Shown piece after piece: positions 27,001 to 40,696 of a DNA stretch of 64,000 bases. The stretch comes from Octopus vulgaris (lineage: Eukaryota). The stretch is from NCBI GenBank assembly GCA_951406725.2, contig OX597816.1:6262001-6326000 (forward strand), in the 5' to 3' direction. Numbering within the stretch: the first letter of the stretch is position 1; each line of letters begins with the position of its first letter. The notes below the pieces were generated by a model. It saw nothing but the letters and a program-made list of their open reading frames with translations. It was not told the DNA's origin and did not search any database. A program made the position numbers and the translations under genes.

Positions 27001-27411
27001 GTGAAAAGATGTGGTCGTCCTAACTGTGGAACATGCCCTCACCTTTTGGAGGGTTCAGAATTTCACTTCAAACAAGGAGAAATATTTAAGATCAAATCAA
27101 ATTTCACCTGCGCCTCGGAAAATCTAATCTGTGTCATGACTTGCTTAGGATGTGGTAACCGCTATATTGGACAAACAGGAATTTCAGTCCGTCGAAGAAC
27201 CACCATTCACAAAGAGCAAATCCGCCACCCACAATACAGACAGTTGCAGGTTAGTGAGCACATAGAAAGGTGTGCCAGGAATCTTAATCCTAATTTCCAA
27301 ATCTTCCCCTTCTGTCAATGTTCACAGAACACCACAATGCAACAAAGGTTGAATAAAGAGGCATTTTTCATCAATAAATATCTCCCCCAACTAAATATGA
27401 ACACAACTTAA
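27001..27411 (+). pseudogene. PLE Cys-rich linker + GIY-YIG endonuclease domain (frameshifted from upstream part)
   Basis: CGRPNCGTC; FTCASENLICVMTCLGCGNRYIGQT; RTTIH; VSEH; RLNKEAFFINKYLPQLN. Confidence 0.88.
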
Positions 27412-27612
27412 TACAGAACACCACGAACCCTTCAATTAAAACCACTAACCCCTATACACTCCCTACTCCATTCACATTACAATTCTATATCTAAATCCAG
27501 AATTACTTACCTCCCTTACAAATAATCCAGAACTACTTACCTCCCTTACAAATAATCTTTTTTTTCTCAGGAACTATTAGACCTGACACCGTTTATTAGC
27601 CGGTGTTTATTC

Positions 27613-27651
27613 AAAGCAATGAATAGCTTTGCCGAAACCATGGTATGCTTT
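27613..27651 (+). ncRNA. HHR-like motif in PLE pLTR with non-canonical core
   Basis: aaagca-ATGAATA-gctttgcc-GAAA-CCATGG-TA-tgcttt; perfect 6-bp stem I, palindromic stem III. Confidence 0.55.
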
Positions 27652-27845
27652 CTGACTTTTTAATCATCTCATAATAATGACTTTTATGACTTTTATTACT
27701 ACATCAGTCCATCTAAATATATATATCTGTCGTTACCTTTCATAAAAATCCTTCTCTTTTTTTATTTACAATGTGCATTTTCGTTGACTTTTCTTATTTT
27801 CCCCTTTTATTTCCACGTGTATTTTATATTTTCTTTTGTAACATA

Positions 27846-27921
<76 letters not shown>

Positions 27922-28313
27922 GGTAAGAGAGAGGTGAAAAACAATGTCGACCGCAGTGTGATACGATCAGAAAGATTTAAAGGCACTCGCCAGCCCTGAA
28001 GCTCATGCAATGACTATTAGCCTTTATAATATCCACAATAATTTCGTCGTAGATTTTATAATTAAACGATATTATGTTGGCAACAGAGTAAACAAGTGTT
28101 TTCAATTGAAAATTCTCTTAATTCACTTGCACTCATCTCAACTCTTAAAACCTTCTGTGCAAACTATTGTTCACATTTGTTGATAACGTTTATATATTAA
28201 ACATTGATTTCCATAAGCATACTTAGGAATAAAGCCATCTTTTGTAAATGAAAAACAGAAATCCCATAAGCGAGAGCAGATTAACCAATAGAAAATATGT
28301 AAGTGCATGCATA

Positions 28314-28344
<31 letters not shown>

Positions 28345-28607
28345 CGTATGATTGTGAGCGGTGGGTAAGTGTGTAGATGTAAACGAGTGTACAGGAAGAT
28401 ATACGCGTCTGTGTAGAGACATGTATCTAATTGTTTATAGATTAGTAAATTCCAGGTGTGCATAAGGGTTATGTGTGGTTACTAGAACGTGTAAACACAA
28501 ATATGTTTGTGTCTCTGTTTGTGTGTATGTGTGCGTGTGCATGTGTGTGTGTGTGTATGTGTGTGTGTGTGTGTGTGCATTAGTTTATTATAGATACAAT
28601 CATTCAT

Positions 28608-28643
<36 letters not shown>

Positions 28644-28817
28644 GTATATATATTGATAGGAATCAATATGTATAAGTACACGTAAGTATATGCATATATG
28701 TATATATTATATATACATAATATCGAGGTCTCTTTCATTCTTTTGTTGTCTTACCATTTCCATCAAGATATTTGTATATATATATATCATAAGTACAAAT
28801 TGATTCATTCTCATATA

Positions 28818-28867
<50 letters not shown>

Positions 28868-29406
28868 TGTTGAAATGTGTATATGTATATATATCAATAT
28901 ATTGATAAGACACTATACGTATGCGTGTTATTCATGCACGTGTGTATGTTTGTGTGTGTCTGTATGTTAATATCAATATGGCCGTGATAAAGACTGTTTT
29001 CTGTTCGCCATGTTCAATATAGGAAAGTGAAATTGAAATGTTTCCAATAAAAAGGTGAAACTATTTCTTTACTCAATGAAACAGTTTCTGCTACGACGTA
29101 TATTGGAATTGCTTGACAATAATTAAAATTATTATCCTTTATTCGGTTGGTGGGATTAATATTCTATAAACTGAAATAGGAATGAAAATTAATACAAGGT
29201 ACGAGTAAGTGATACAAGTTCGATTCTCGGCTTAACCTTTTCTTTCCGTTTACGAATAATGCAGTATGCGCCAAAATGACCTCCTATATTTTATAAACTG
29301 GGAAGTTTTTCTGTCTTATTCCGTACTTGTCGCTTTTGCTCGTTGACAGTGACAGTTTCATTCTGACCGACTGGATACTTCTTTGACACAGCAAGGTTGT
29401 ATAATA

Positions 29407-30117
29407 TAGGGTCTCCATAAAGTCTCTTTACAATTTAAAAAAATTATTACAAAGGCAGTTGATGAGATATTTTAACCAGATTTGTTTTATTTTAATAATT
29501 GTTTATTACACTTTTTATTGATATTGAATGTGTGGTGTGGAATCATGAGCAATCGAATAATTGGTCCATTTTTCTTTAACGAGGCAACAATTACTGCAGA
29601 TGTTTACCTCGACCTTCTGACCGAATATGTGGCACCACAACTGATTGATTTACAACCAACCATCATTTTCCAACAAGATGATGCACCACCATATTGGGGA
29701 CGGCATGTTCGTCAGTTCCTCAATCAAACATTTCCATACCGATGGATTGGAAGAGATGGACCAATTCCATGGCCACCACGTTCGCCAGGTATCACTCCCT
29801 TGGACTTCTTTTTATGGGGTTATGTAAAAGATATCGTGTATCAAACAAAGATATGGGACATTTCTGACTTGAAGCAAAGGATTCGTAATTCCATTGCCAC
29901 CGTTGATGAGGATCTCCTACAGCGAACACGGCAAGAAATCGAGTACCGTCTTGATGTACTTAGCACAACTAATGGTGCCCATATTGAGGTCTATTAAATA
30001 ACAGCTAAAAAACTTTAATAAACAATTATTACAATTAAACAAATCTGGTTAAGATATCTTGTCAACTACCTTTGTAATAAAATTTTACAATTGTAAAGAG
30101 ACTTTATGGACACCCTG
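29407..30117 (+). mobile_element. Internally deleted Tc1/mariner DD41D (rosa/Visitor-type) transposon
   Basis: ~100-bp TIRs (c/t)agggt(g/c)tccataaagtctctttacaa, TA TSD; ORF 29482-29997 with FQQD...WPPRSPGITPLD, 41 residues between second and third Asp. Confidence 0.9.
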
Positions 30118-30457
30118 TATTTTTGCTTTTATACAGGAATGAAAGAAGTGCCATTGAAAATAATTCATCTACAGAGAGGTCCATAACAAGTTATGTGATG
30201 AGAAATAGCTTTCAAAGTGTGATGAGACTCGGTGCTTTCCCAGCATTAGGGAGCCCGCCATTTTATCCGTTTATTAAATGGGTGTTCCTTCCATTTTGAA
30301 TTCGAATTTTTCATAATTTACTTCTTAGAGAGGGACGACAGGTGGTATGGCTGTATTGTTGTATGGTTGTATGGTTGCCTTTGTCGGAAGTTCGTTTCGT
30401 AACCACCTCGCAACCAATGTGCAGCTCAGTAATCAAATGTTTTCTGCTAAAGGCTTG

Positions 30458-30462
30458 CGTGT

Positions 30463-30549
<87 letters not shown>

Positions 30550-30567
30550 TGCGTGCGTGTGTGTGTG
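30458..30567. repeat. (TG)n microsatellite
   Basis: Direct reading. Confidence 0.95.
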
Positions 30568-31311
30568 TTCTGCTAAGAAACCACCCCCGCACGTACACAC
30601 AAACATGTCATCTAAAACCCAAATTTGATTGCATCAAAGATCTACTCACAAATTTACTGCAGCCATTGGTCAGCAGATGTACTCTTTCGCATTATTTCTT
30701 ATCCCTAACTAGCCTATAGACTTATTCCTGTCATCCGGCATGTGTGACTTCATTTTTATTCGGACAAAAACAAAAAGAAACGTGAACATTTCTTGAAATG
30801 AAAAAGTCTTTCGTTATAGAAAAAAACAGAGATTCTTTGAGGTGGGAGGCAATACGCTGTTCCTATAATGTCGCGTGGACAGAAACATTTCTATTGCCGG
30901 GAAGTTACTTTAATCCGCCGCTCTGTTTAATACCAGGAACTGGTCCCTGAGTACTTTTAGTCTACCTTGCTCCAATACTTCCAGCCAAGAACCTGGTTCC
31001 AGGATAACTCCAATACATACTCCGACCACTCTCGGATCCCTCAAAGCAATATTTGGAGCTGCCATTTCCTTTCGTAATCAGCGATATAAATTGTTAGACT
31101 AGAATACATCGGCAGACAGACACGATATTATGAAGTCGTCTTTAAATAGTATCTTAATGGCCAAATCAATTATGTCACGCGTTTTTTTTTTTAAATACAA
31201 TATTTTATTGCACATCTATATGTTATAATTATACTGCTGTCTCGCTGACGTTGTAAATTATGGTAAAAACACTTCATATAGCAGCAACACGCACACACCT
31301 CACACACACAT

Positions 31312-31349
<38 letters not shown>

Positions 31350-31360
31350 CATATATATGC

Positions 31361-31391
<31 letters not shown>

Positions 31392-31400
31392 CACACACAC

Positions 31401-31546
<146 letters not shown>

Positions 31547-32161
31547 TAAATATATATTTAGCATACAGTTTTTAGACAAATCAGTATCAATCTTGTGCTT
31601 AAAAGCAATGTATCTGGTGGTGTTATTTTCCTAACAATTCCTCTTCCGATACAATAAGGTGTAATTTGTCGGAGTGGGCGAGCGTCGACGACAACAACAA
31701 CAACAACAACAAAACAACAATTTCTGTTACGTTGCGACTCTTTGCCAAGTTTTTTAATCGTTTGGCTTGTGTAAATATTCGAACTGTTGTTGTACTTGCG
31801 GAAGGATCGATCGATCTATCGTCTAATAACTATAATCGAATTGTCAAACAGACCACATATGTCTGTTCAGCTAGTATTTTGTCGAGTAAGCCACTCATTT
31901 GGGTTTGTAATTATATCTTTTAAATATAATCGCCATAACAAGATAACACACATTTCGATGTATGTCTCCCTATTGACAATGTCCCAAATACACACGGAAG
32001 TGCCGGGGAAGAATAAAAGATGGTGTAAACGTCTACTTTCGAATATTCCAATTAGATATATTATACTGGCTCTGCATAGAAAGATATGACTATAAGTTTA
32101 TGTGTGCGCGTGTGTGTATGAGTCGTCTTACCGTGTGTATCTGTTGAAGAAACTATTTGCC

Positions 32162-32200
<39 letters not shown>

Positions 32201-32279
32201 CCACACACACAACCACACACACACACACTATACAGCAATACAGTACTATATTTTTGATCATGCAGATCATCTGCTGTAG

Positions 32280-32310
<31 letters not shown>

Positions 32311-32669
32311 CAGCAGATGATCTGACTGAAAAAAGTAAAAGATAACGTTATATGTAAATATATGTAAATAAATACATACATACACACATACATATACGTA
32401 CATATATACTTATATATATATACATATATACTTATATATATATATATATATGTATCCTTGTATGTATGTATGCATGTATGTATGTATGTATATATATGCA
32501 CACATATATATATGTGTATATATATATATGTTGGTATATATGTATATTAAACATACATATATATACATATATACTTATATATATATATATACACACATAT
32601 ATATATGCATATATATATGTATGAGTTTGTGTATATGTATATGTATATATATATGCTCGTATGTATGTA

Positions 32670-32711
<42 letters not shown>

Positions 32712-32715
<4 letters not shown>

Positions 32716-33060
32716 GCGAAATGGGACAAGAACGCAAAACATCCAGACAGTTAGGTGATACAAGAAAGGGACAACAAAACATCCAGACAGACGATACAAA
32801 GAAAACAAGGACGAGTCATTCAGAGTTTTCTTTCCTCAGTCGAGTTCCAGATTATCTTTGCAATTTCGGCTGGTTTTACTCGAGATTGCTGCAATCTGGC
32901 CAGTCCCAAAGAAAAACTAAGGTAAGAGCCTTAGATTCCTTGGAAGAGAGCAGCGAATGTATACGAAAACAAGGACGGAAAAAATGGAGAATGTAACACA
33001 AATACAAATAACAGGACATAACAACAGGTGTCTTTCGACTGAGGACGAATTAAATTAAGC
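32712..33060. mobile_element. Unclassified repeat abutting (TA)n, likely PLE pLTR-derived
   Basis: Internal duplication aaaacatccagacag; purine-skewed; directly adjacent to HHR-family element. Confidence 0.35.
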
Positions 33061-33399
33061 TAGCGTGTGTGGAAATAAAGCCTTACATCAGGGATACAAG
33101 ATTTTACAGGCACAAGGGGAGGAATATAGATGTTGCACGGACGACGGCCGAAGCAAGAGAGAAAGATCAGTCTTAGCCGAACAGTGGTCACGTGGGGAGG
33201 GAAGAGAGAGAGGTAGAGGCAGAGAGACAGAAGAATTAAGGAGACGCGAGAAATAGGACAAGGACACATTGAAGTGAAAAGAGGAGGGTAAGTGAGAAAG
33301 AAGAGAAGGCAAGGAAATGTGAGGGAGGGGAAACAAAAGAATGAAGAGTGGAATGAACGAATATGCGTGAAAGGGCTGATAGAAAGAAAGAATAGTCGT

Positions 33400-33625
33400 A
33401 CGTCAAAATGTGACCTCGTGTGTACCGTTGGCGATTTTTTTCTTCTGTCTTCCCTTCTCTGGATCTTTCCTTCTCCTATGTTTCCGACGAAGAGCTCCGC
33501 TCGAAACGTTAAAGCTTCCTTCTTTCCTTCTTTCCTTCTTTCCTGAGCGTCCAATAATACTATATTTGTTCCACGTCCTCGCGTTGTTGTGTTTTTTTGT
33601 GCTTTCTTGTTTGGATTAATTATAT
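33400..33625 (+). mobile_element. Short repeat with minimal HHR-like motif
   Basis: ttt-CCGACGA-agagc-tcc-gctc-GAAACGTT-aaa (33481-33513); homologous to 9240-9420. Confidence 0.7.
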
Positions 33626-33769
33626 ATAAATGTACTTACGTATGTATGTGCATGTACATATATGTGTGTGTGTGCGTATTTATGTATGTATATTGTGTAT
33701 GTTTGTTTCCGTACATTTGCAACATTTTATCCAGACACGTTTTCTTTATCTCACCACTTTTTCCTTTTC

Positions 33770-33917
33770 CATCTGTTCTTACTTCTCATTGCTTTTGGTA
33801 GAAGGGTGTAGGCTCAAAAACTCAAAGACTTCTATTTTTCCTGGGCGTCAAAGTAATACACTTTGCTTGTTGTTTCCTCATCGGCCTCTGTTCTTTTGTT
33901 TTTTGTATAATTTTGAA

Positions 33918-33920
<3 letters not shown>
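33770..33920 (+). mobile_element. Degenerate copy of the 19090/41550 HHR-like repeat
   Basis: gtagaagggtgtaggctcaaaaac...cctgggcgtcaaagtaatac. Confidence 0.5.
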
Positions 33921-33968
<48 letters not shown>

Positions 33969-34121
33969 CACCGGAGTAAACACATAAATGTGAAACAGCG
34001 TGGAAAAAAGAGTACTCAAATACCATTGGTAGAGTAATATGCTTTATTTAAAGCCGCAGAAAATTCAACAAAACCTGTTACTCTGTTACATTTATACAGA
34101 CACACACTCACACACACACAC

Positions 34122-34162
<41 letters not shown>

Positions 34163-34602
34163 ATGAGAGAGAGGGAGAGAGCTTTTATAGTTCCAGTTCC
34201 AATATGGGTACGATCGACAAAAAGTACTCCATCCAGTGAGAGATAAATATCATTTAATAAACCCAATCACAAAACAACAAATAATAGTTTTATATAACAA
34301 GTCATGTATTTCCAAGCAATCTGTAGGTTACTGTTCATACGTTAGATATATTTAAAAAACCGAACGATGAGCTATGAGAAAGCACAAGGAAAAAACGAGA
34401 AGAAAAGATGCGAAGAAGCCTGGTGCAAAAATTGGAACGAGAAGAAGGGAAAGAAAAGTAAAAATAAAAATTCTTTGTCCCCTTTGGCTATAAGAAACCA
34501 TAATTAATACAGCTGGTGTAAAGAAAAAAGGAGAAATGAGTCCAAAGTCTGTAAAAGAGCTACTCAATCTGGCGAGAGTGGTGTCCTCCAGTTCGACAAA
34601 AG

Positions 34603-34968
34603 AAACTTGTTCATATGCTTGCATTTGTTAAAAATTTCGAATCTGGAATTAAGTAGTGGGGTGGAAGTCTTGGAGCTTAGAAGAATGCGCGATCTTTCAG
34701 CTACGCATAACTTACATCTCTTTGATCCATTTCAATATAGTGTAAATTTCTCCAAGATTTTCCACTTGATTGCATGTGGTGTGCATTTAGTGTTCAGATT
34801 AAACGCACACCGCATACCACATTCTTTTAGCAGTGTGTCTGAAAGAAGGTTGGTAGTTTGCATAACGGCTTTTAGAATTGCCTTAGCATAAACCAATATC
34901 ATTTTTCTTCTCAATTACATTGTCTTGGAGCAAGGCTGTAACTATGGCTTCATAAACAACAGCGTATA
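34603..34968 (-). pseudogene. Penelope-like GIY-YIG endonuclease remnant, probably Hydra-type
   Basis: Frameshifted translation AVVYEAIV...DIGLC*GNSKSRYAN...SFRH...IKWKILEK...NGSKRCKLCVAERSRIL...LLNSRFEIFNKCKHMNK. Confidence 0.7.
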
Positions 34969-35193
34969 TTTTTATATATGTACATGCTAAAAAAATTCCC
35001 TCAAGAGCGAGCTTCACAATTTGAAAAGTTGAAAAACAGCGCAAACCGTTCAGTAAAGTAGTATTTTGACTTATCCTTTTATTTATATTTTCATTTTATT
35101 TATTGATTTATCTTATTTTTTAATTTTATTTTCCAAAATTTATTTTTGAAAAAATTCTTCTGGAAAATTAGACTTGGTACAATATGATTCATG

Positions 35194-35245
<52 letters not shown>

Positions 35246-35365
35246 ACGTGTATTTTGTGAAAAAAATACTTCCGCAGAACAGTTTTTTTGTTTTTCCAGT
35301 AAAACATTTTTATATGAAAACAAGTCTTGTACATACATACATACATACACACACACACATACACA

Positions 35366-35418
<53 letters not shown>

Positions 35419-36196
35419 GTATGTTTGGATGTATTTTTTCTATGTGGAGAAATATAGCTACTTTCATTCAAAAACAAAAATTCAAACCTATAAACAAATC
35501 GCATATATAAAGATATAAAAGTTGGTACACGCACGCACGCACAAGCACATGCACACACAAACACACACACATAGATATATAAGTATGTATATATGTTTGT
35601 ATATATATGCATATGTGTATGTATTTATGTACATACGTATGTACATACGTACGTATGTATGTATGTACGTACGTACGTATGTATGTATGTATGTATGTAT
35701 GTATGTATGTATGTATGTATGTGTAAAGACAACTTCATGGAATATTTGAACACCTTCAGCTTACTTTTCCAGAACAATCAGCAGAAGCCATATTTCATTG
35801 AACAACAGAATAAACCTAATCTAATAACGTTCGGAATCTATTTTCCTATTTACAAAAGTTTCTTTCGATTTTACTCCTTACCAACTGTAAGAAAATTTAG
35901 AGTGGATGAATTCAGAGAAATAATGATAGGTTTTCCCGAGCAAATATAGACTTTAAATTAAGTGTATAATTAAAATAACGATGTAATTACAGCTGCTTCT
36001 AGCAATGGGGAATTTGGAAATATTAACTCAGTAGAAACATGTTTTTTGTTACAACACATTATCTTCGTCATAATAAATTATTGAATAGTTAGCAAGGATT
36101 TTTTTCAAAGTTAATATCTTGGAAAAAGTGCTGTCAATGCCTATAGTTATTGCAAGCAATCTTAACTACAAGAGCTATTCCTATATTTTTAATGGT

Positions 36197-36360
36197 AAGG
36201 CGGCAGAAACGTTAGCACGCCGGGCAAAATGCTTAGCGGTATTTCGTGTCTTTACGTTCTGAGTTCAAATTACGCCGAGGACGACTTTGCCTTTCATCCA
36301 GTCAAGGTCGATAAATTAAGTACCAGTTGTGTACAGGGTCGATCTAATCGACAGGCCCCA
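36197..36360 (+). mobile_element. SINE family A, short copy
   Basis: Head and core homology. Confidence 0.85.
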
Positions 36361-36365
36361 CGTCC

Positions 36366-36750
36366 AGGTGTGGCTGTGTGGTAAGAGGTTCGCTTTTCAG
36401 TCCCACTGCGTGACACCATAGGCAAATGGCTTCTACTATAGCCTTGAGGCAACCAAAGCCTGGAGAGTAGATTTGTGAGACGGAAACTGAAAGCATCCCG
36501 TCGTATATGTGCGCGTGCGTGTGTCATTGCATATCTGTTTGTTCCCTGCCACCATTTGAGAACCGGTGTTAGTGTGTTTATGTCGTCGTTACATAGCGTT
36601 TCTGCAAAAAGGATTAATAGATTAAGTGCTAGGTTTAGAAAAAGATTATAATCCCTGGGGTCGATTAGTTTGAATAAAAATTTTCAAGGGGGTGCCCCAG
36701 AATGGCTTCAGTCTATTAAATGAGACAACGAAAGAAGAAGAAAAGAAAGA
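36366..36750 (+). mobile_element. SINE family B, older copy
   Basis: Diverged homology; tail ggtgccccagaatggcttcagtc. Confidence 0.8.
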
Positions 36751-36943
36751 GATCCAAATAAATTACTTCTTTTCAGTGGTGAAGTCTCGGACGGAGCAGT
36801 GACAGTTTTTGAAAATGCTGAGAGCAGAATGGAGAACGTATCGCATGCTTTTATATAAGAGTCCTCCAGTTCCATGAATTGGGATCCAGGTTATTCAGGA
36901 ATGGAAAATGCGCATCTGGACGCCAAACCAGAACTGTGTGTGA

Positions 36944-37153
36944 AAGAAAACGCATAAATAATAGACTTTACATATTTTTATTAGCGCATTTCTGACTTAC
37001 AGTTGTTTCTGATATGCATTACGGGTGCGTTCATGTCTGTTTACTCAACCGGTAAACAGAGCCATGGGGGCAACTATAATGCATAGCAGAAACAACCGGA
37101 AGTCAGAAATGCGCTAATAAAAATATGTAAAGCCTATTATTTATGCCTTTTCT
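36944..37153. mobile_element. Fold-back / MITE-like palindrome (~210 bp)
   Basis: ataaataatagactttacatatttttattagcgcatttctgactt versus aagtcagaaatgcgctaataaaaatatgtaaagcctattatttat; central hairpin tctgtttac/gtaaacaga. Confidence 0.75.
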
Positions 37154-37385
37154 TGTATATCAGTCTGTGTAAAAGACCAGTTTAAGTTGGAAGTGCAACC
37201 ATGGGTTTACAAAATTGGTTGGTGATTGACTTCACCTTCGGACTTTCCCTTACGATTACCTGGAGCTCTTTACTAATCTGAAAACATTTTGTTAGTCTGG
37301 TGTATTAGAATTAGCAGAGACATTGTGAAGTATTCTACCTGGCTTGGCACTCCTTCATCAATAATTCTTGATATACATATATATA

Positions 37386-37420
<35 letters not shown>

Positions 37421-37452
37421 ACGTGTGTGTATGTATGTATATATATATATAT

Positions 37453-37504
<52 letters not shown>

Positions 37505-37510
<6 letters not shown>

Positions 37511-38547
37511 TCCCATTTTATTGTAATATTATCAATATTTGCATCTAGTCTTCTATTTATTTATTTATTTGCCTATTTAAGTGTGGATGTTTACATACAT
37601 ATCAAGTCATTTAATTTGTTACCTATTTATTCTTTACTTATTTACTTATACTGGTGTAGTTTTATACATACATATCTATCATTTATTTTTATTTATTTTA
37701 ATAATATATAAATACATATATACTAGTTTGTACTTATAATTATGTGTATAACCGTATTTATTCCTTCGTATTTATTCCTTTTTATTTATTTTATCTCTTT
37801 TCATATTAAGTCTTTATAATATATAATTTATTTAAAATTTCTGTGATGTTCTCATAAGCGTTTACATTAATACTTCCCCCTCTATTTTTTATTGCCTAAA
37901 CTGATATATTTTGGCACTATATTTATTAAGTTAATAAGTGACTTATTTATAATATCTAAATTAATATATTTTATATTTTATATTTTATAATTTAGCGTAC
38001 TTTAAATCATAACAAACTTACGATAAATCTAACAACCGTATGTTTACTCTGCAACAAACCGGTGTTACAAATTTTAAGTTACCCATGAAATAATTATCTG
38101 AATTAGTAACATACTGATATTTAAAAATACATTTATATCTTAATTAAATATTTTATAGAATGCATGGATGGTTCTTTTTTTGTTATTGAGGCTCAGTTAT
38201 AATTTTGAAGGACTTAGTGTTAGCATGGTTGCTTCCTTATTTGTTTATCTAAGTGTTAGTTGTTGCTTATGATTATGTATATGTACAAGTGTATGTATAT
38301 ACATATAACTATGTGTGTATGTGCGATTGATCTGTAGATGCGTGTGTGAATATTGGCGTTCCCTGACTAACCAACCGTATAATTTTCTTTTGTGATTTAA
38401 ATTTCAAACCAATAGCCAATCGAATTAATCTAAATTTTCTTTACCTAGTGGTCAGCATTTCTTAACTCATAGTTATTTCGATCTTGGAAGGATGGACTTG
38501 GTGATAACTTAACTGTATCTATTTTTATTATTTTTTATTATTATTAC

Positions 38548-38587
<40 letters not shown>

Positions 38588-39252
38588 AGTAATTTTTATT
38601 AACTTTTATAGCTTTAGAATTTTATGAACTGTACCACGGATTTAATTATTATTATTTTTCATCTCCATATGTGTTAGCCCCTTTTTTTATAAAAAAAACT
38701 ATTAGCTAAATATGTATGATATCGGTACTTATTAATATTATATATACACTGTTATATATTTTGTTTTATTTTGTTCTGGTTACCTTCCTTTTTGTACAAA
38801 TATGTATTATATTATACAAGTGTAGCATTATGATGTATAAGTTTTTATATTTTACTTTTTTATATTTTTATATTTATATGTATATGATTATATAATATTT
38901 TTCACTATTATAACAAATTTAATTTAATTCTCTGAAGAGGCCGTGGGGCATCTTTGTTAATGCCTCATTTATACCTGCCTTTATGGCTTATAGGTTAAAT
39001 GAGGTATGACTGTCCTCACTGCCGAAACAGCTGTCAGTTTTGATTTATTTGCATATTGTATTTGTAATTTTTTACTTATATCTCTTTATCTTTTTACTTT
39101 TACTTTTACTTTTACTATTACTGTATATCTCTTTTCATTTTATATATTGCCTTTACTCCTATGTAATGGTGTATTAAAGTATGGATTGAGTATCATCGGA
39201 TAGTTGATGCTTTATTGATTTAAGTATGTTTCTCCATTCTCTAATTTTGTAG
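37505..39252 (+). mobile_element. Long AT-rich, T-skewed non-coding insert carrying a 3' hammerhead (putative non-autonomous PLE)
   Basis: Bounded by (TA)n on both sides; canonical HHR near right end. Confidence 0.5.
38926..39041 (+). ncRNA. Type I hammerhead ribozyme, canonical core, very long stem II
   Basis: CTGAAGA(38932)-ggccgtggggca...tgtcctcactgcc-GAAA-CAGCTG-TC-ag; inner helix atgcctcattta/taaatgaggtat; stem I weak. Confidence 0.78.
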
Positions 39253-40696
39253 TATATATATATATATATATATATACAAACACATATATATACACATGTG
39301 CGTGTATTTGTGTGTGTAGGAGAATATATAGTCATTTTGTCTCCGACCTAGTACTTGTGCACTATTTTAAAATACATTTATTAGTAAAAGTTTGCAACCG
39401 ATATGTATACAGTATAATTTAACTTTACAGGTGAAAGGCAAGGTAGAATTGGTGTGATCTGAACACATATGTAAAGGGACCTAATCAAAATATCTTAAGG
39501 CCTTCCCTTCACCGTCAATTAAACGAGCTATCGTTACAATATCATATATACATGCTCTGTATTATAAACAAGACGCCATATTAAATGAATTTATTCGAAA
39601 AACGGTTTCGATTCTTGGTGGATGTCAATTCGCTGCTATTGCGTTACAAATTCCCTCCAGATTAACATTACAGAATTTCATGTAGCTTCGGTATAAATTT
39701 ACAATGGAGAGAAGGTAATTAGAAACAAAGTATCCACTACGAAACAGCGGCTCCTAACTAATCGGTCTCTGGAGTTCTCTCTTCAGAGGTGACTTCTCGT
39801 TCCTAATTATGAATTATGTCTCCTATTGAAACAGCTCAATGATTATTAACGACTCTCGGTTAAGCAAGCAGCATGTCACATACTCACTTTTCATTAGAGT
39901 TCTTATTATCCTGTTCACAGAATAACACTTACCAAATGAACTGCAATGAAAATACATTCATTAGTTAAAGTCTGCAACCGATATGTGTCCAGCCGTTGGA
40001 TAGCTGCAGATGTACTTCAAAGTACAAAACAAAACTTACTTGTCTCCCACTAGTATTAATACATTTATCAACCATCATCGTATTCTCGTAGTCATAGCAC
40101 AATAGGAACATCAATGCACACCTTTAACCTAACAGAAGTACGTTTGAAGAGGTGATAAAATGTATTCAAGTACATAATCTACCATTAATGTCATAATGAA
40201 TTTAATGTCAACGGTTGAAGCAACAGAAAGAACAGAAAAATGGACAAGGAAACACTGGATATACTCTGAATATATATTTTTTTGTTCTATTTCTACTGCT
40301 TTTCCTTCTATGTTAGAAAAGTCTTAAAACAGAATATTGAAAACTTGGTGGAGCAGAAGTTGACGTTGGAAAAGGCTATAGACAATTGTATCTTTAAAAA
40401 GTAAATTGAATTAAATATTTTAAGAATCATCGTGAAATAAAATGAGGCTGAAATTCAGAAAGTAAGAAAACAGTCACGTGTTTAGTGGATGTATGTATTT
40501 CAATAACGAAAGAGTATTGCGTGTATGGTATTGGAACTTGCTTCTCTATCATCTGTATATAAATCCCAGAAATGTCTTTATATAGGTGCAAGTTTCAACA
40601 AAACATTTATACAAAATCCAGAAGTTAAATATGAAATATATGGCGAGAATATGCGTGTATGGTTCTAATAAACAGAAAAACAATTATTTTCTTGTA

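Larger units (their letters stand above)
26526..27852 (+). mobile_element. Penelope-like element (Neptune-type), 5'-truncated with inverted 3' duplication
   Basis: 26526-26769 is the reverse complement of 27316-27555; LPYISTHNPRN...KQPKSLKKILTSARL linker, then GIY-YIG ORF; 3' end abuts (TA)n. Confidence 0.9.

Noticed and set aside
30900-31070. Short minus-strand ORF MAAPNIALRDP...
   Set aside because: About 50 aa with no recognisable motif or convincing splice signals
32805-32915. Minus-strand CTGAGGA and ccagccGAAAttgc motifs
   Set aside because: Cannot be assembled into one consistent hammerhead
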